Positions 50,584-59,367 of a DNA stretch of 64,000 bases are shown here, in pieces. The stretch comes from Gammaproteobacteria bacterium (GTDB taxonomy: Bacteria; Pseudomonadota; Gammaproteobacteria; Steroidobacterales; Rariloculaceae). The stretch spans positions 3,405 through 67,404 of the forward strand of contig CAUZMW010000001.1 in NCBI GenBank assembly GCA_963581225.1, in the 5' to 3' direction. The notes under the pieces were generated by a model. That model was not told the DNA's origin and ran no database searches. It saw only the letters and a program-made list of their open reading frames with translations. Position numbers and translations under genes: made by a program. Positions within the stretch are counted from its first letter, which is position 1; each line of letters starts with the position of its first letter.

Positions 50584-52188
50584 GTGTATACGCAGTTTTT
50601 CGGGTTAACGGAAAAGCCCTTCTCGATTACTCCGGACCCGCGCTATCTCTATATGAGCCGGCGCCACGCTGACGCGCTGGCGCACCTTATCTATGGCATC
50701 TCACAAAGCGGCGGTTTTATTCAGCTGACCGGAGAAGTCGGCACCGGAAAAACGACGCTTGTCCGGAGTTTACTCGAGCAGCTTCCTGAGGAAGCCGACG
50801 TCGCCCTGATTCTCAATCCTGAACTGACGACACAGGAATTTCTGACGACGATCGCCGAGGAGTTGAACGTCGAGTTGCCGACCGACGGCTCCACGAAATC
50901 TCTGGTCGATCGCCTAAGTGCCCATCTTCTGGATGCGCACGCCCGAGGCCGGCGCACGGTATTGATTGTCGATGAAGCACAGAACCTGGCGACCGATGTC
51001 CTCGAGCAGGTCCGGCTGCTGACCAATCTCGAGACACCAAAGCAGAAACTTCTCCAGATTATCCTGATCGGACAACCCGAGCTCCGCGAGGTACTCGATC
51101 GCGAAGACATGCGGCAGCTGGCACAGCGCGTCACCGGACGCTATCACCTCGAACCTCTGAGCCAGGACGATACGGCCAAATACCTGGAACATCGTATGAA
51201 GGTCGCGGGCGCCCCGGGGGCGATTTTCTCTAAGTCAGCCGTACGGGAGATCTTCCGCTGGTCGAAGGGCGTGCCGCGAATCATTAACGTCATCGCTGAT
51301 CGATCGTTGCTGGCCGCGTATACGCGGCACACGAGAACCGTCGATAGGCCACTTGTGAAGAGGGCAGCAAGCGAAGTCTATGGCAAGCGACTGGTGCCAA
51401 TCGTCGAACGACGGCTCGTGGCAGGTATCGCGCTCGCCGGTATCGCCCTGCTCGTTCTCGGGACCTGGCGTAGTCTGAACTCTGGCGGTTCATGGATCCA
51501 AACGCAGTTCGGGCGAACACCGGGGTTCACGCTCGATATTTCGGCTATCGGCGGCTCATCGGAAGTCTCTCTCTCGGCACTCCTGGCGGACCGGACTCTA
51601 CCCAGAGGTACGGACGCGGCATTCGAGACACTGTTCGGTATCTGGGGAATCCAGTATTTGCGTGGGCCGGACACAGCCTGCCAACAGGCGGAACGGAACT
51701 ACCTGCGATGTTGGTTTCAGAAAGGCTCGCTCAACCATCTGAAGCGGCTCAATCGGCCCGCGATATTGAGTCTGATCGATGAGCGCGGTGAGCAGTACCA
51801 GGTGGTCATGACGGCCCTCGATGCGGAAACCGCGGAGTTCACGATCGCCAATCGTACTTACACGGTGACATTGGAGGAACTCTCCCGATATTGGTATGGC
51901 GATCACCTCATGCTGTGGAAACCTGGTACCGGCGCCGAAGAGACCTTGTCACCCGGAATGCAGGACAACGGCGTCAGATGGCTCCGGGAGAGCCTTGCTT
52001 TGCTCCAAGGCGAGCCGCTACTCGAGCCGAACTCCGAAGTCTATGATCCGGCGCTCGCGGAACGGGTGCGAGACTATCAGCGCAATCATCGCCTCACCGT
52101 CGATGGTATTGTCGGCACGCAGACACAGATCGTCATGAATACGGAGTTGGCGATCCCCGGTACTCCGTTTCTCGTAGAGGCTCCGTGA
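50584..52188 (+). CDS. gspA: ExeA/GspA-type AAA ATPase with a C-terminal peptidoglycan-binding domain
   Basis: MYTQFFGLTEKPFSITPDPRYLYMSRRHADALAHLIYG...LTGEVGTGKTTL, and a C-terminal PG_binding_1-like segment YDPALAERVRDYQRNHRLTVDGIVGTQT. Confidence 0.85.
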   Translation: MYTQFFGLTEKPFSITPDPRYLYMSRRHADALAHLIYGISQSGGFIQLTGEVGTGKTTLVRSLLEQLPEEADVALILNPELTTQEFLTTIAEELNVELPTDGSTKSLVDRLSAHLLDAHARGRRTVLIVDEAQNLATDVLEQVRLLTNLETPKQKLLQIILIGQPELREVLDREDMRQLAQRVTGRYHLEPLSQDDTAKYLEHRMKVAGAPGAIFSKSAVREIFRWSKGVPRIINVIADRSLLAAYTRHTRTVDRPLVKRAASEVYGKRLVPIVERRLVAGIALAGIALLVLGTWRSLNSGGSWIQTQFGRTPGFTLDISAIGGSSEVSLSALLADRTLPRGTDAAFETLFGIWGIQYLRGPDTACQQAERNYLRCWFQKGSLNHLKRLNRPAILSLIDERGEQYQVVMTALDAETAEFTIANRTYTVTLEELSRYWYGDHLMLWKPGTGAEETLSPGMQDNGVRWLRESLALLQGEPLLEPNSEVYDPALAERVRDYQRNHRLTVDGIVGTQTQIVMNTELAIPGTPFLVEAP

Positions 52189-52189
52189 C

Positions 52190-52798
52190 ATGTCTTTTAT
52201 TCTGGACGCGTTGAGAAAATCTGAGAACGAACGGCAGCAGAGCGCAGTGCCCGGAATCAGCGACGTGCCCACCGTCGTGCATGATGCTCGAGTGCCGAAG
52301 TGGGTTCTGGGAGTCATCGCAACGCTGTCAGCCGGAATTTTGGTCCTCGGTTGGGCTTGGTGGCAGAGCAGCGGCGAGAGCAACTTTGCGAACGTCCGTC
52401 CAAGTGGAGTGCTGCCGCGGACTCAAACCATACCGCCTGCGAACACGGCAGGCACCGTGAGGAATCTTGCACGGGAGCCTGGCGCGGGGACGGCTTCAGC
52501 CTCACAACAGACCACGGCCGCGCCGGTTACTCCGCCCGCGCCTGAACCGAACATTGCCACGATGGTCATCGGACCACCGACGATGATGGCACTACTCGCC
52601 GCCGGTACGGTGTTGCCGGAGATGACTCTGGAGCTGCACGTCTACAGTCGCACCCCAGCTCAACGCTTCATCCGAATCAATTCAGCAAGCTATCGGGAAG
52701 GCGATGTGTTGAGCGAGGGACCGCGGGTCGTTTCGATTACCCAAGAAGGCGTTATTTTGGACTCTCGGGGGCAAGAATTCCTGCTCTCCGCCGATTAG
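52190..52798 (+). CDS. gspB: GspB/ExeB-like protein
   Basis: MSFILDALRKSENERQQ start, one TM helix and a conserved C-terminal IRINSASYREGDVLSEGPRVVSITQEGVIL. It starts 1 nt after the gspA stop. Confidence 0.75.
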   Translation: MSFILDALRKSENERQQSAVPGISDVPTVVHDARVPKWVLGVIATLSAGILVLGWAWWQSSGESNFANVRPSGVLPRTQTIPPANTAGTVRNLAREPGAGTASASQQTTAAPVTPPAPEPNIATMVIGPPTMMALLAAGTVLPEMTLELHVYSRTPAQRFIRINSASYREGDVLSEGPRVVSITQEGVILDSRGQEFLLSAD

Positions 52799-52821
52799 AG
52801 CTTTTCGAAAAGACTCAGCCG

Positions 52822-53493
52822 TTATTCGAGCGTTTCCGGTTCGACCAGTTCGGCGCCCTCGTTGCGCGGGTTATTGACGATTCGCCGAACCTGTCGAACC
52901 TCGAGTTCGTGTTCCGGCGCCGGTTTCAATAACTCCAAACGCTCATTCTTTGGTGTCTCGCCCGCTAACCAAAGTGCCTGAGCATCCGCCGCAAGTATCG
53001 CGGGCATGCGTTCGTGAACTTTCGCGAGTTTCGCGTTAGCGGCCGTCGTGATGATCACGCAGGTTTCCAGGACCTCCTCGCCACCGCTTCGCCACTCTTC
53101 CCACAGCCCCGCGAATGCCAGGCACTCGCCACTGCCGGGACTCATGAAGAATGGCGACTTACCGGCCGGCGTCTGGCCCCATTCATAGAAACCGCTCGCA
53201 AGCACGAGGCAGCGGCGGCGTGAAAAAGCCTGCCGGAAGGCAGGTTTCTCGGCGACAGTCTCCGCCCGGGCGTTAATCAATCGATTACCGATACCGACAT
53301 CTTTGGCCCAATGGGGCACAAGACCCCAGCGCAATAGATCGAGGCTGCGCAGGCCCTGTTCGTCAGCACGTATCGTCGCTACCGATTGACTTGGAGCGAT
53401 GTTGTAACGAGGTTCGAACGACGCGTCGGCGCTGACGTCGAACTGGCGAACGATCTCCGCCAGCGGCGCGAACATGGCGAACCGACCACACAC
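52822..53493 (-). CDS. SOS response-associated peptidase (SRAP/YedK, abasic-site crosslinking protein)
   Basis: CGRFAMF...RYNIAPSQ...WGLVPHWAK. The family requires Cys2, so I place the start at GTG 53493 (V16 of the track ORF) to give fMet-Cys-Gly-Arg-Phe. This start is 1 nt after the upstream stop. Confidence 0.8.
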   Translation of the reverse strand: MCGRFAMFAPLAEIVRQFDVSADASFEPRYNIAPSQSVATIRADEQGLRSLDLLRWGLVPHWAKDVGIGNRLINARAETVAEKPAFRQAFSRRRCLVLASGFYEWGQTPAGKSPFFMSPGSGECLAFAGLWEEWRSGGEEVLETCVIITTAANAKLAKVHERMPAILAADAQALWLAGETPKNERLELLKPAPEHELEVRQVRRIVNNPRNEGAELVEPETLE

Positions 53494-53494
53494 G

Positions 53495-54328
53495 TCAGGT
53501 CCGTATGCCGGTACCTCGATTGAGCAGGTAAACGACAATCGAGTACAGGACGATCAACGAGACACCGATAATCGCGTACGCGGTTCCGATCGGTATATCC
53601 GAGGACCCGAGCATACCGTAGCGGAACGCATTGACCATGTAGAGGATCGGATTGAGCCGTGCCACAACTTGCCACGCCGGCGAAAGTAACGAGATGGAGA
53701 AGAACACGCCGCCAAGGTACGTCAACGGTGTTAGGACGAATGTCGGTATGACGGAGATCTCATCGAAATTCTTCGCGAATATCGCGTTCAACAATCCGGC
53801 CAACGAGAACACCATCGACGTCAGTATCACGACCGATATGGTAACGAGCGGATGAACGATGCTGAGATCGGCGAACAACAGCGCGACGACGGTAACCAGC
53901 GATGCAACGGCCAGCCCTCTGACGACACCACCGATGACATAGCCGGCAACAATAGTCGGAAATGCTAGCGGCGAAACCAGCATCTCCTCGAGATGCCGGT
54001 GAAGTTTCCCGGAGAAGAATGATGAGACAACGTTACCGAAGGAATTGGTGATCACGGCCATCATGATCAAGCCGGGGGCGATAAAGGTCATGTACGGAAC
54101 ACCGTCCATTTCCCCGATTCTTCGGCCGATCAAGTTACCGAAGATAATAAAGTACAGCGTCATCGTGATCGCCGGGGGTACGATTGTTTGCACCCAGATT
54201 CTGACGACACGACGAATCTCTCGGCGGACGATGGTACCTAGACCAACGATGTTGATTCGTAGCAGATTCGGGTCCCGCTGGTCGCGGAGATTCAGCGTTG
54301 TAGAAACAAGAGGCTCTTCAGCGGCCAT
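53495..54328 (-). CDS. yadH: ABC-2 type transporter permease (YadH-like)
   Basis: REIRRVVRIWVQTIVPPAITMTLYFIIFGNLIG... polytopic. Coupled to the upstream ATPase. Confidence 0.8.
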   Translation of the reverse strand: MAAEEPLVSTTLNLRDQRDPNLLRINIVGLGTIVRREIRRVVRIWVQTIVPPAITMTLYFIIFGNLIGRRIGEMDGVPYMTFIAPGLIMMAVITNSFGNVVSSFFSGKLHRHLEEMLVSPLAFPTIVAGYVIGGVVRGLAVASLVTVVALLFADLSIVHPLVTISVVILTSMVFSLAGLLNAIFAKNFDEISVIPTFVLTPLTYLGGVFFSISLLSPAWQVVARLNPILYMVNAFRYGMLGSSDIPIGTAYAIIGVSLIVLYSIVVYLLNRGTGIRT

Positions 54329-55257
54329 TACGCTGAGCGCTCCTTTGTCTTCTGCGCCACCAGGCCCATGAAGAGTTCCTCCAAGCGGTTGCTCTTGGTT
54401 CGCATGCTCGAGACCTGTAGCCCCGTAGCAGACAGTGTACTGAACAACGCGTTCAAATCCTGCTCGCTGGAGACTTCGACCTCTATCTCGTGCTCGTTTC
54501 GCAGCCGCACCTGATAACCATCCAATCTGGGTGCCTCATGGACCGGCTGTTGCAGCGTGAGCACGAATATCTCGCGTTGCAACTTGCTCACGACGTTGGC
54601 CATGGTGTCGTTCTCGATAATTCGTCCTTCGTCGATAATTGCGATGTTTCTGCAGAGACTCTCGGCTTCCTCCAGATAATGTGTCGTCAGGATGATCGTC
54701 ATCCCGAAATCGTTGAGCTCGCGCATGAGTTGCCACATGGAGCGGCGGATTTCGATATCCACACCCGCCGTCGGCTCGTCCAGCATCAGCAACCGGGGCT
54801 CGTGAACGAGCGCTCTCGCGATCATTAGGCGGCGCTTCATACCACCTGACAGAGTTCGCGCCATGTCATCGCGCCGATCCCAGAGATGCAGCGCCTTTAG
54901 ATATTTCTCGGCACGCGCCGTCGCGAGCCGGCGCGACACGCCGTAGTAACCCGCTTGGTTGACCAATATTCTATTGCAGGTCTCAAAGACATTGAGGTTG
55001 ATCTCCTGCGGGACGACGCCGATACACGCCTTTGCGGCATCAGGACGGAGATCCAGATCTCGACCGAAGACGCTGACGTGACCGCTGGTCTTGTTTACCA
55101 GTGACGTAATGATGCCGATAGCGGTTGTTTTACCGGCGCCATTCGGTCCCAACAAGGCGAAGAAGTCACCCTCTTCTACAGTCAGGTCGATGCCTTTCAG
55201 TGCCTCGAGGCCATTGGCGTAGACCTTGCGGAGCTGCTTGATGGCGAGTGCGTCCAG
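54328..55257 (-). CDS. yadG: ABC transporter ATP-binding protein (YadG-like)
   Basis: The track ORF starts inside Walker A (MLGPNGAGKTT). The in-frame upstream sequence (L)DALAIKQLRKVYANGLEALKGIDLTVEEGDFFALLGPNGAGKTT is required. The only plausible initiator is CTG 55257, 8 nt after a GGAGGA SD. Confidence 0.75.
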   Translation of the reverse strand: MDALAIKQLRKVYANGLEALKGIDLTVEEGDFFALLGPNGAGKTTAIGIITSLVNKTSGHVSVFGRDLDLRPDAAKACIGVVPQEINLNVFETCNRILVNQAGYYGVSRRLATARAEKYLKALHLWDRRDDMARTLSGGMKRRLMIARALVHEPRLLMLDEPTAGVDIEIRRSMWQLMRELNDFGMTIILTTHYLEEAESLCRNIAIIDEGRIIENDTMANVVSKLQREIFVLTLQQPVHEAPRLDGYQVRLRNEHEIEVEVSSEQDLNALFSTLSATGLQVSSMRTKSNRLEELFMGLVAQKTKERSA

Positions 55258-55345
55258 CGGAACGATCCTCCATACCGCGAGACGCGGAGTCGGAATAAGG
55301 AGTTCCCTATTCTACTCAGCAAGCCGGGAAAATACTTAATGAAAT

Positions 55346-55371
55346 ATCGCGACGAGGCCGTCGCTCCCACA
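55346..55371 (+). repeat. REP family 1, stem variant B
   Basis: ATCGCGACGAGGCCGTCGCTCCCACA. Confidence 0.8.
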
Positions 55372-55564
55372 AATACGCCGCTAGAGCTGATGTAGAGAGA
55401 TAGCCTGACGGACTGGACGAAACTCTGCGTCGGGATGTAACGCAATCATCCTGAGTGCACGCGGCATCTCGGTCTCGGTCCGGCTGATCAACGTAATCCA
55501 AAGCGCTCGGGAACGCACAGGTCAACCGGCCGGGCGTGACAGCCAGTAGCGGTAACTCCGACAA

Positions 55565-56134
55565 GTGAGAGCAACCGACAACCGATATCGAGACGAACGC
55601 GCTCGTTTCGAGCTTGCGATGCGAATGATCAGGCACGAAGCTCGGACCGGAACGATCCGCTACTTCACCGGCTTAAGCGACGATCGGATCCGCAAAGTCT
55701 ATACGAGCTATTTTAAATTCGACGAGGGAGCGCCGGTGAAGGACCGCCGCGGCAAGTCACCGACTCAGATCGCACCACTGATTCAAACGCCCGAGCGCAC
55801 CCTCGAGTCCGGCGTATTCGTCAGCCTGTTACGCGCGAACGGCTTACTCAGCGTTGAGGATCCACCCGGCCCGACTCTGAAAGGCAGTGTAGATCTGGGG
55901 CATCGATTCTGCCAATGTTACGAGACGCATTTACTGGTGGTACCCGATCCTATGCTGTCGTTCGAATGGGGATGGAATTTGTTGTTGGGCATCCGCCGCG
56001 AAGACAAGCTGGGAATCACGCGTTGCGAGGACTGCTTGATGAGCTATATCTACGATCTACTGGCACTGCCCCGTAGTGCGTGCCCTGACTGCCTCTCTCT
56101 TCAGCTCCCTCAGCACGCCGAATCGATGATCTGA
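55565..56134 (+). CDS. FlhC-like zinc-binding transcriptional regulator, orphan (no flhD, no flagellar genes nearby)
   Basis: 189 aa against 192 aa for E. coli FlhC. FELAMRMIRHEARTGTIRYFTGLSDDRIRKVYTSY parallels [35 protein letters not shown]. The C-terminal CEDC-N15-CPDC parallels the FlhC CxxC-N16-CxxC zinc site. GTG start. Confidence 0.65.
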   Translation: MRATDNRYRDERARFELAMRMIRHEARTGTIRYFTGLSDDRIRKVYTSYFKFDEGAPVKDRRGKSPTQIAPLIQTPERTLESGVFVSLLRANGLLSVEDPPGPTLKGSVDLGHRFCQCYETHLLVVPDPMLSFEWGWNLLLGIRREDKLGITRCEDCLMSYIYDLLALPRSACPDCLSLQLPQHAESMI

Positions 56135-56139
56135 TTCCG

Positions 56140-56892
56140 ATGTGCCTTGCCGCATTCTCACTCCAAGCCTCGGCGGAGTACTCGCTCGTTTTCGCCGCGA
56201 ATCGTGACGAACTGCATGAACGACCGACTACACCCGCTGGTTGGTGGGACGAGTCCCGCGCGATTCTCGGGGGCAGAGATCTGGTTGCCGGAGGAAGCTG
56301 GCTTGCCGTAGACCGCAGCGGGCGACTTGCGGCCGTAACGAATTTTCGTGAAATCTCAGATACCGTTTATTCAGTCTCGCGGGGCCGCCTTGTCCAAGAC
56401 TATCTGGGCTCATCTGTTGGCGCCGAGGAATACCTCGCCGGCCTCGATGCGCATGCGGCCGATTACGGCCCCTTCAACCTCGTGATTTTCGACGGACAGC
56501 GACTTCACTACGCGAGCAACCGCGCCCCTGGGCAAGAGCTCGACCCCGGCGTCTATGCGCTCAGCAATACCCATCTCGGCTCGACCTGGCCCAAGGTAAC
56601 GCACGCGGAGGCGAGATTAACGGCATGTCTCGATAGCGGCGATCTAAGCGCCTGCCTGTTCGACCTGCTGGCCGATCGAACGCTGCACGGCGAATGGCTT
56701 GATTCCGATGACCGCGAATTCAGGTTGAAGTCCACTATTTTTCTTCAGGACGATCATTACGGCACGCGCGCATCCACTGTCGTCCTGCTGTCGCGGAATG
56801 GCGAACTGCGATTTATCGAACGCCGGTTCGACGCCGACGGCATGCTGGTCGGTGAGAGTAGCGAGTCGTTCGTAACCCGCACTTCGACGTAG
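56140..56892 (+). CDS. NRDE family protein (TANGO2/DUF833 homolog)
   Basis: MCLAAFSLQ...SLVFAANRDELHERPT, giving Cys2 and the NRDE motif. Starts 5 nt after the FlhC-like gene. Confidence 0.85.
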   Translation: MCLAAFSLQASAEYSLVFAANRDELHERPTTPAGWWDESRAILGGRDLVAGGSWLAVDRSGRLAAVTNFREISDTVYSVSRGRLVQDYLGSSVGAEEYLAGLDAHAADYGPFNLVIFDGQRLHYASNRAPGQELDPGVYALSNTHLGSTWPKVTHAEARLTACLDSGDLSACLFDLLADRTLHGEWLDSDDREFRLKSTIFLQDDHYGTRASTVVLLSRNGELRFIERRFDADGMLVGESSESFVTRTST

Positions 56893-56951
56893 GAGCGGTC
56901 GCCTGGCCGCGACAGTCGTCGAAAAATCGCGACGAGGCCGTCGCTCCTACA
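56889..56951. repeat. REP family 1 doublet (reverse copy then forward copy)
   Basis: GTAGGAGCGGTCGCCTGGCCGCGAC (56889-56913) and ATCGCGACGAGGCCGTCGCTCCTACA (56926-56951). The TAG of the NRDE gene and the TAG (complement) of the esterase gene both lie inside the TGTAGG/CCTACA ends. Confidence 0.85.
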
Positions 56952-57651
56952 GCGTGCGGCTTAACCAGCGATTGATGTCGTTAATCTCCTCCGCGCACAC
57001 CGAATGCCCCATCGAATAGCTGTGCCATTCAATCTCATAGCCCTGCCTCTGCAGCGTTTCTCTCGAAGACAGTCCGAGCGCTTCCGGCAGCGTGGCATCG
57101 TCGGCGCCGTGCGCCATGAAGACCGGTATGGAGGCGTTGGCCTGACTTTTCTCGGCTTCCAGCGTCCAAGCCAACGGCAGGTAGGTGGACAACGCCAGCA
57201 CACCAGCCAGGGGAATTGGATAACGTAGCGCGACCTGTAGCGCAATTGCGCCGCCCTGCGAGAAACCCGCGATCACGACCCTTTCCGCGGGTATTCCACG
57301 TTCCACCTCCGCGCCGATCAACGCGCCCACTGACGCCGCGCTAGCGTAGATTCCCTCCTCGTCTTCGAGGTCCGTGCGCTCCATTGAGAGGATGTCGTAC
57401 CACGCGCGCATGCGCGCACCTAGATTGACGGTCACCGACCGCACCGGGGCGTGCGGAAAAACGAAACGCGTCGCGACCGGCAGCGTCAACTCTCGAACGA
57501 TAGGCTCGAAGTCATGTCCGTCCGCGCCCAGGCCATGCAACCAGATAACGCTGGCCACAACCGGCTCGCCGGTCGTGATTTCCACGTTTTCGAGCGTATC
57601 TACCAAATTCTGCTCCGTATTGTGCTCAGGACCCTTGTGAAATTTGCGCAT
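56947..57651 (-). CDS. alpha/beta hydrolase: carboxylesterase/phospholipase family (Abhydrolase_2)
   Basis: VIWLHGLGADGHDFEPI and the nucleophile elbow GFSQGGAIAL. C-terminal His context HSYSMGHSV. Confidence 0.8.
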   Translation of the reverse strand: MRKFHKGPEHNTEQNLVDTLENVEITTGEPVVASVIWLHGLGADGHDFEPIVRELTLPVATRFVFPHAPVRSVTVNLGARMRAWYDILSMERTDLEDEEGIYASAASVGALIGAEVERGIPAERVVIAGFSQGGAIALQVALRYPIPLAGVLALSTYLPLAWTLEAEKSQANASIPVFMAHGADDATLPEALGLSSRETLQRQGYEIEWHSYSMGHSVCAEEINDINRWLSRTL

Positions 57652-57675
57652 AACCTATATCGTATGCGCAAATTT
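57640..57675. promoter_or_regulatory. Perfect 13-bp inverted repeat AAATTTGCGCATA-N10-TATGCGCAAATTT; candidate operator upstream of argR
   Basis: Located 57640-57652 and 57663-57675, about 22 bp upstream of the preferred argR ATG and overlapping the divergent esterase start. A/T-centred half sites (TGTGAAATTTGCGCA, TGCGCAAATTTATGCA) loosely resemble ARG boxes. Confidence 0.45.
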
Positions 57676-57696
57676 ATGCACGGAGAGACAGAGACC

Positions 57697-58161
57697 ATGC
57701 CAAGTGCCGTCGCCCTACAACACGCTCGCCGGCGCGCGATTGCTCAGATCCTGAAGCGTAACGCCATCGTTCGCCAGGCAGAGTTGGTGCAACGACTTCG
57801 CGACGAGGGCTATCACGCGACTCAGTCGAGCGTCAGCCGGGATCTGAAGGACATGGGCGCCGCCAAGCTCCATTCCGGCTATAGCTTGCCCGAACGTCAC
57901 AACGGCGACAACGAGCAACAACTTGCGGCCGTCGCAGAGTTCGTCCGGGAAATCCGCTCGGCCGGACCGAATATGCTCGTCATCACGACGGCTATCGGTG
58001 CTGCGCAACGAGTCGCCCTGACGCTGGACCGAATTGATTGGCCGGAGATCGTCGGCACACTCTCCGGCGACGACACGATTTTTATCGCGACGACGGGCGC
58101 GGCTCAGCTACGACGATTGAGCTCCCGGCTGCGGCAGAGTTTAAAGAAGGCGACATCATGA
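57697..58161 (+). CDS. argR: arginine repressor
   Basis: RRRAIAQILKRNAIVRQAELVQRLRDEGYHATQSSVSRDLKDMG (winged helix) and a C-terminal oligomerisation/arginine-binding part ending GTLSGDDTIFIA. Start chosen at Met83 of the track ORF (GGAGAG SD), giving 154 aa. Confidence 0.85.
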   Translation: MPSAVALQHARRRAIAQILKRNAIVRQAELVQRLRDEGYHATQSSVSRDLKDMGAAKLHSGYSLPERHNGDNEQQLAAVAEFVREIRSAGPNMLVITTAIGAAQRVALTLDRIDWPEIVGTLSGDDTIFIATTGAAQLRRLSSRLRQSLKKATS

Positions 58162-59366
58162 CCGAAAACACGAACCCTATCGTATTAGCCTTCTCCGGCG
58201 GACTGGATACATCGTTCTGCGTGCCCTGGTTGCAGGAAACCTACGGCCGCCCGGTGGTAACTGCAACCATCAATACCGGCGGGCTGGATGCCGCGGCGAC
58301 CGAGGCACTGGCCGAACGAGCCAAGCTTCTCGGTGCAGCCGACCACTTCATCGTGGAGGCGCGCGACGAGTTCTTCGAGAAGGTCCTGAAGTTCCTGATT
58401 ATGGGCAACGTCCGACGCGGTCAACTCTACCCGTTATGTGTCGGCGCGGAACGCGGCATCCAGGCCCGTTATCTTGCGGAACTCGCTACCAAGCTCGGCG
58501 CAGACACCGTTGCTCACGGCTGTACGGCAGCCGGTAACGACCAGGTCCGCTTCGAGATCATCCTCAAGACGCTGGCGCCCGATCTCGAGGTATTGGCGCC
58601 CGTACGGGATCACTCGTGGGCGCGCGAGGACCAACTCGCGTACCTGGCCGAACACGGTCTCCCTGAACCCACTGCAGGTTCCGCGTATTCGATCAATCGC
58701 GGTCTCTGGGGTGTCACGATCGGTGGTACTGAGACGCTCGATTCGGTCGACTCTATCCCCGAGTCGGCGTGGGTCTTGAGCTCCGGTGCGTTCGACTCAC
58801 CGGCAACAGCCGAGGAACTCACGATCGGCTTCGAAAAGGGCGTCCCGGTTGCGCTCAACGGCAAGTCGTTAGCGCCGGTCGCGTTAATCGAGCAGCTCGA
58901 ACTGTTCGGTCAACGATTCGGCATCGGCCGCGGTATACATCTCGGCGACACGATTCTGGGCACCAAGGGCCGAGTAGCGTTCGAAGCGCCGGCGGCCGAC
59001 CTACTGCTGACCTGTCACCGCGAGCTCGAGAAACTCACGCTATCCGCTTTACAGCAACGCATAAAGGAACAGCTGAGTCTCACCTATGGCGATCTCGTTC
59101 ATGAAGGTAAGCAACTGGATCCAGCATGCCGGGATATCGAGGCGTTACTTATGTCATCGCAAGAACGCGTCACCGGGACCGTCCGCTGTCGGTTACGCGC
59201 CGGTAATGTCTTCGTGATCGGTGTCGAGTCGCCGCACTCATTGATGGCCGCAAGCCGTAGCCAGTACGGCGAGGCGACCGGCGAGTGGACGCCGGCGGAT
59301 GCGCTCGGGTTTTCTCGAATTCTGTCGCTGCCCGGCATGTTGCAGACGCGAGCCAAGGGGGACTGA
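58158..59366 (+). CDS. argG: argininosuccinate synthase
   Basis: IVLAFSGGLDTSFCVPWL (N-type ATP-PPase motif), 402 aa from Met41 of the track ORF. ATGA overlap with argR. Confidence 0.9.
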   Translation: MTENTNPIVLAFSGGLDTSFCVPWLQETYGRPVVTATINTGGLDAAATEALAERAKLLGAADHFIVEARDEFFEKVLKFLIMGNVRRGQLYPLCVGAERGIQARYLAELATKLGADTVAHGCTAAGNDQVRFEIILKTLAPDLEVLAPVRDHSWAREDQLAYLAEHGLPEPTAGSAYSINRGLWGVTIGGTETLDSVDSIPESAWVLSSGAFDSPATAEELTIGFEKGVPVALNGKSLAPVALIEQLELFGQRFGIGRGIHLGDTILGTKGRVAFEAPAADLLLTCHRELEKLTLSALQQRIKEQLSLTYGDLVHEGKQLDPACRDIEALLMSSQERVTGTVRCRLRAGNVFVIGVESPHSLMAASRSQYGEATGEWTPADALGFSRILSLPGMLQTRAKGD

Positions 59367-59367
59367 G

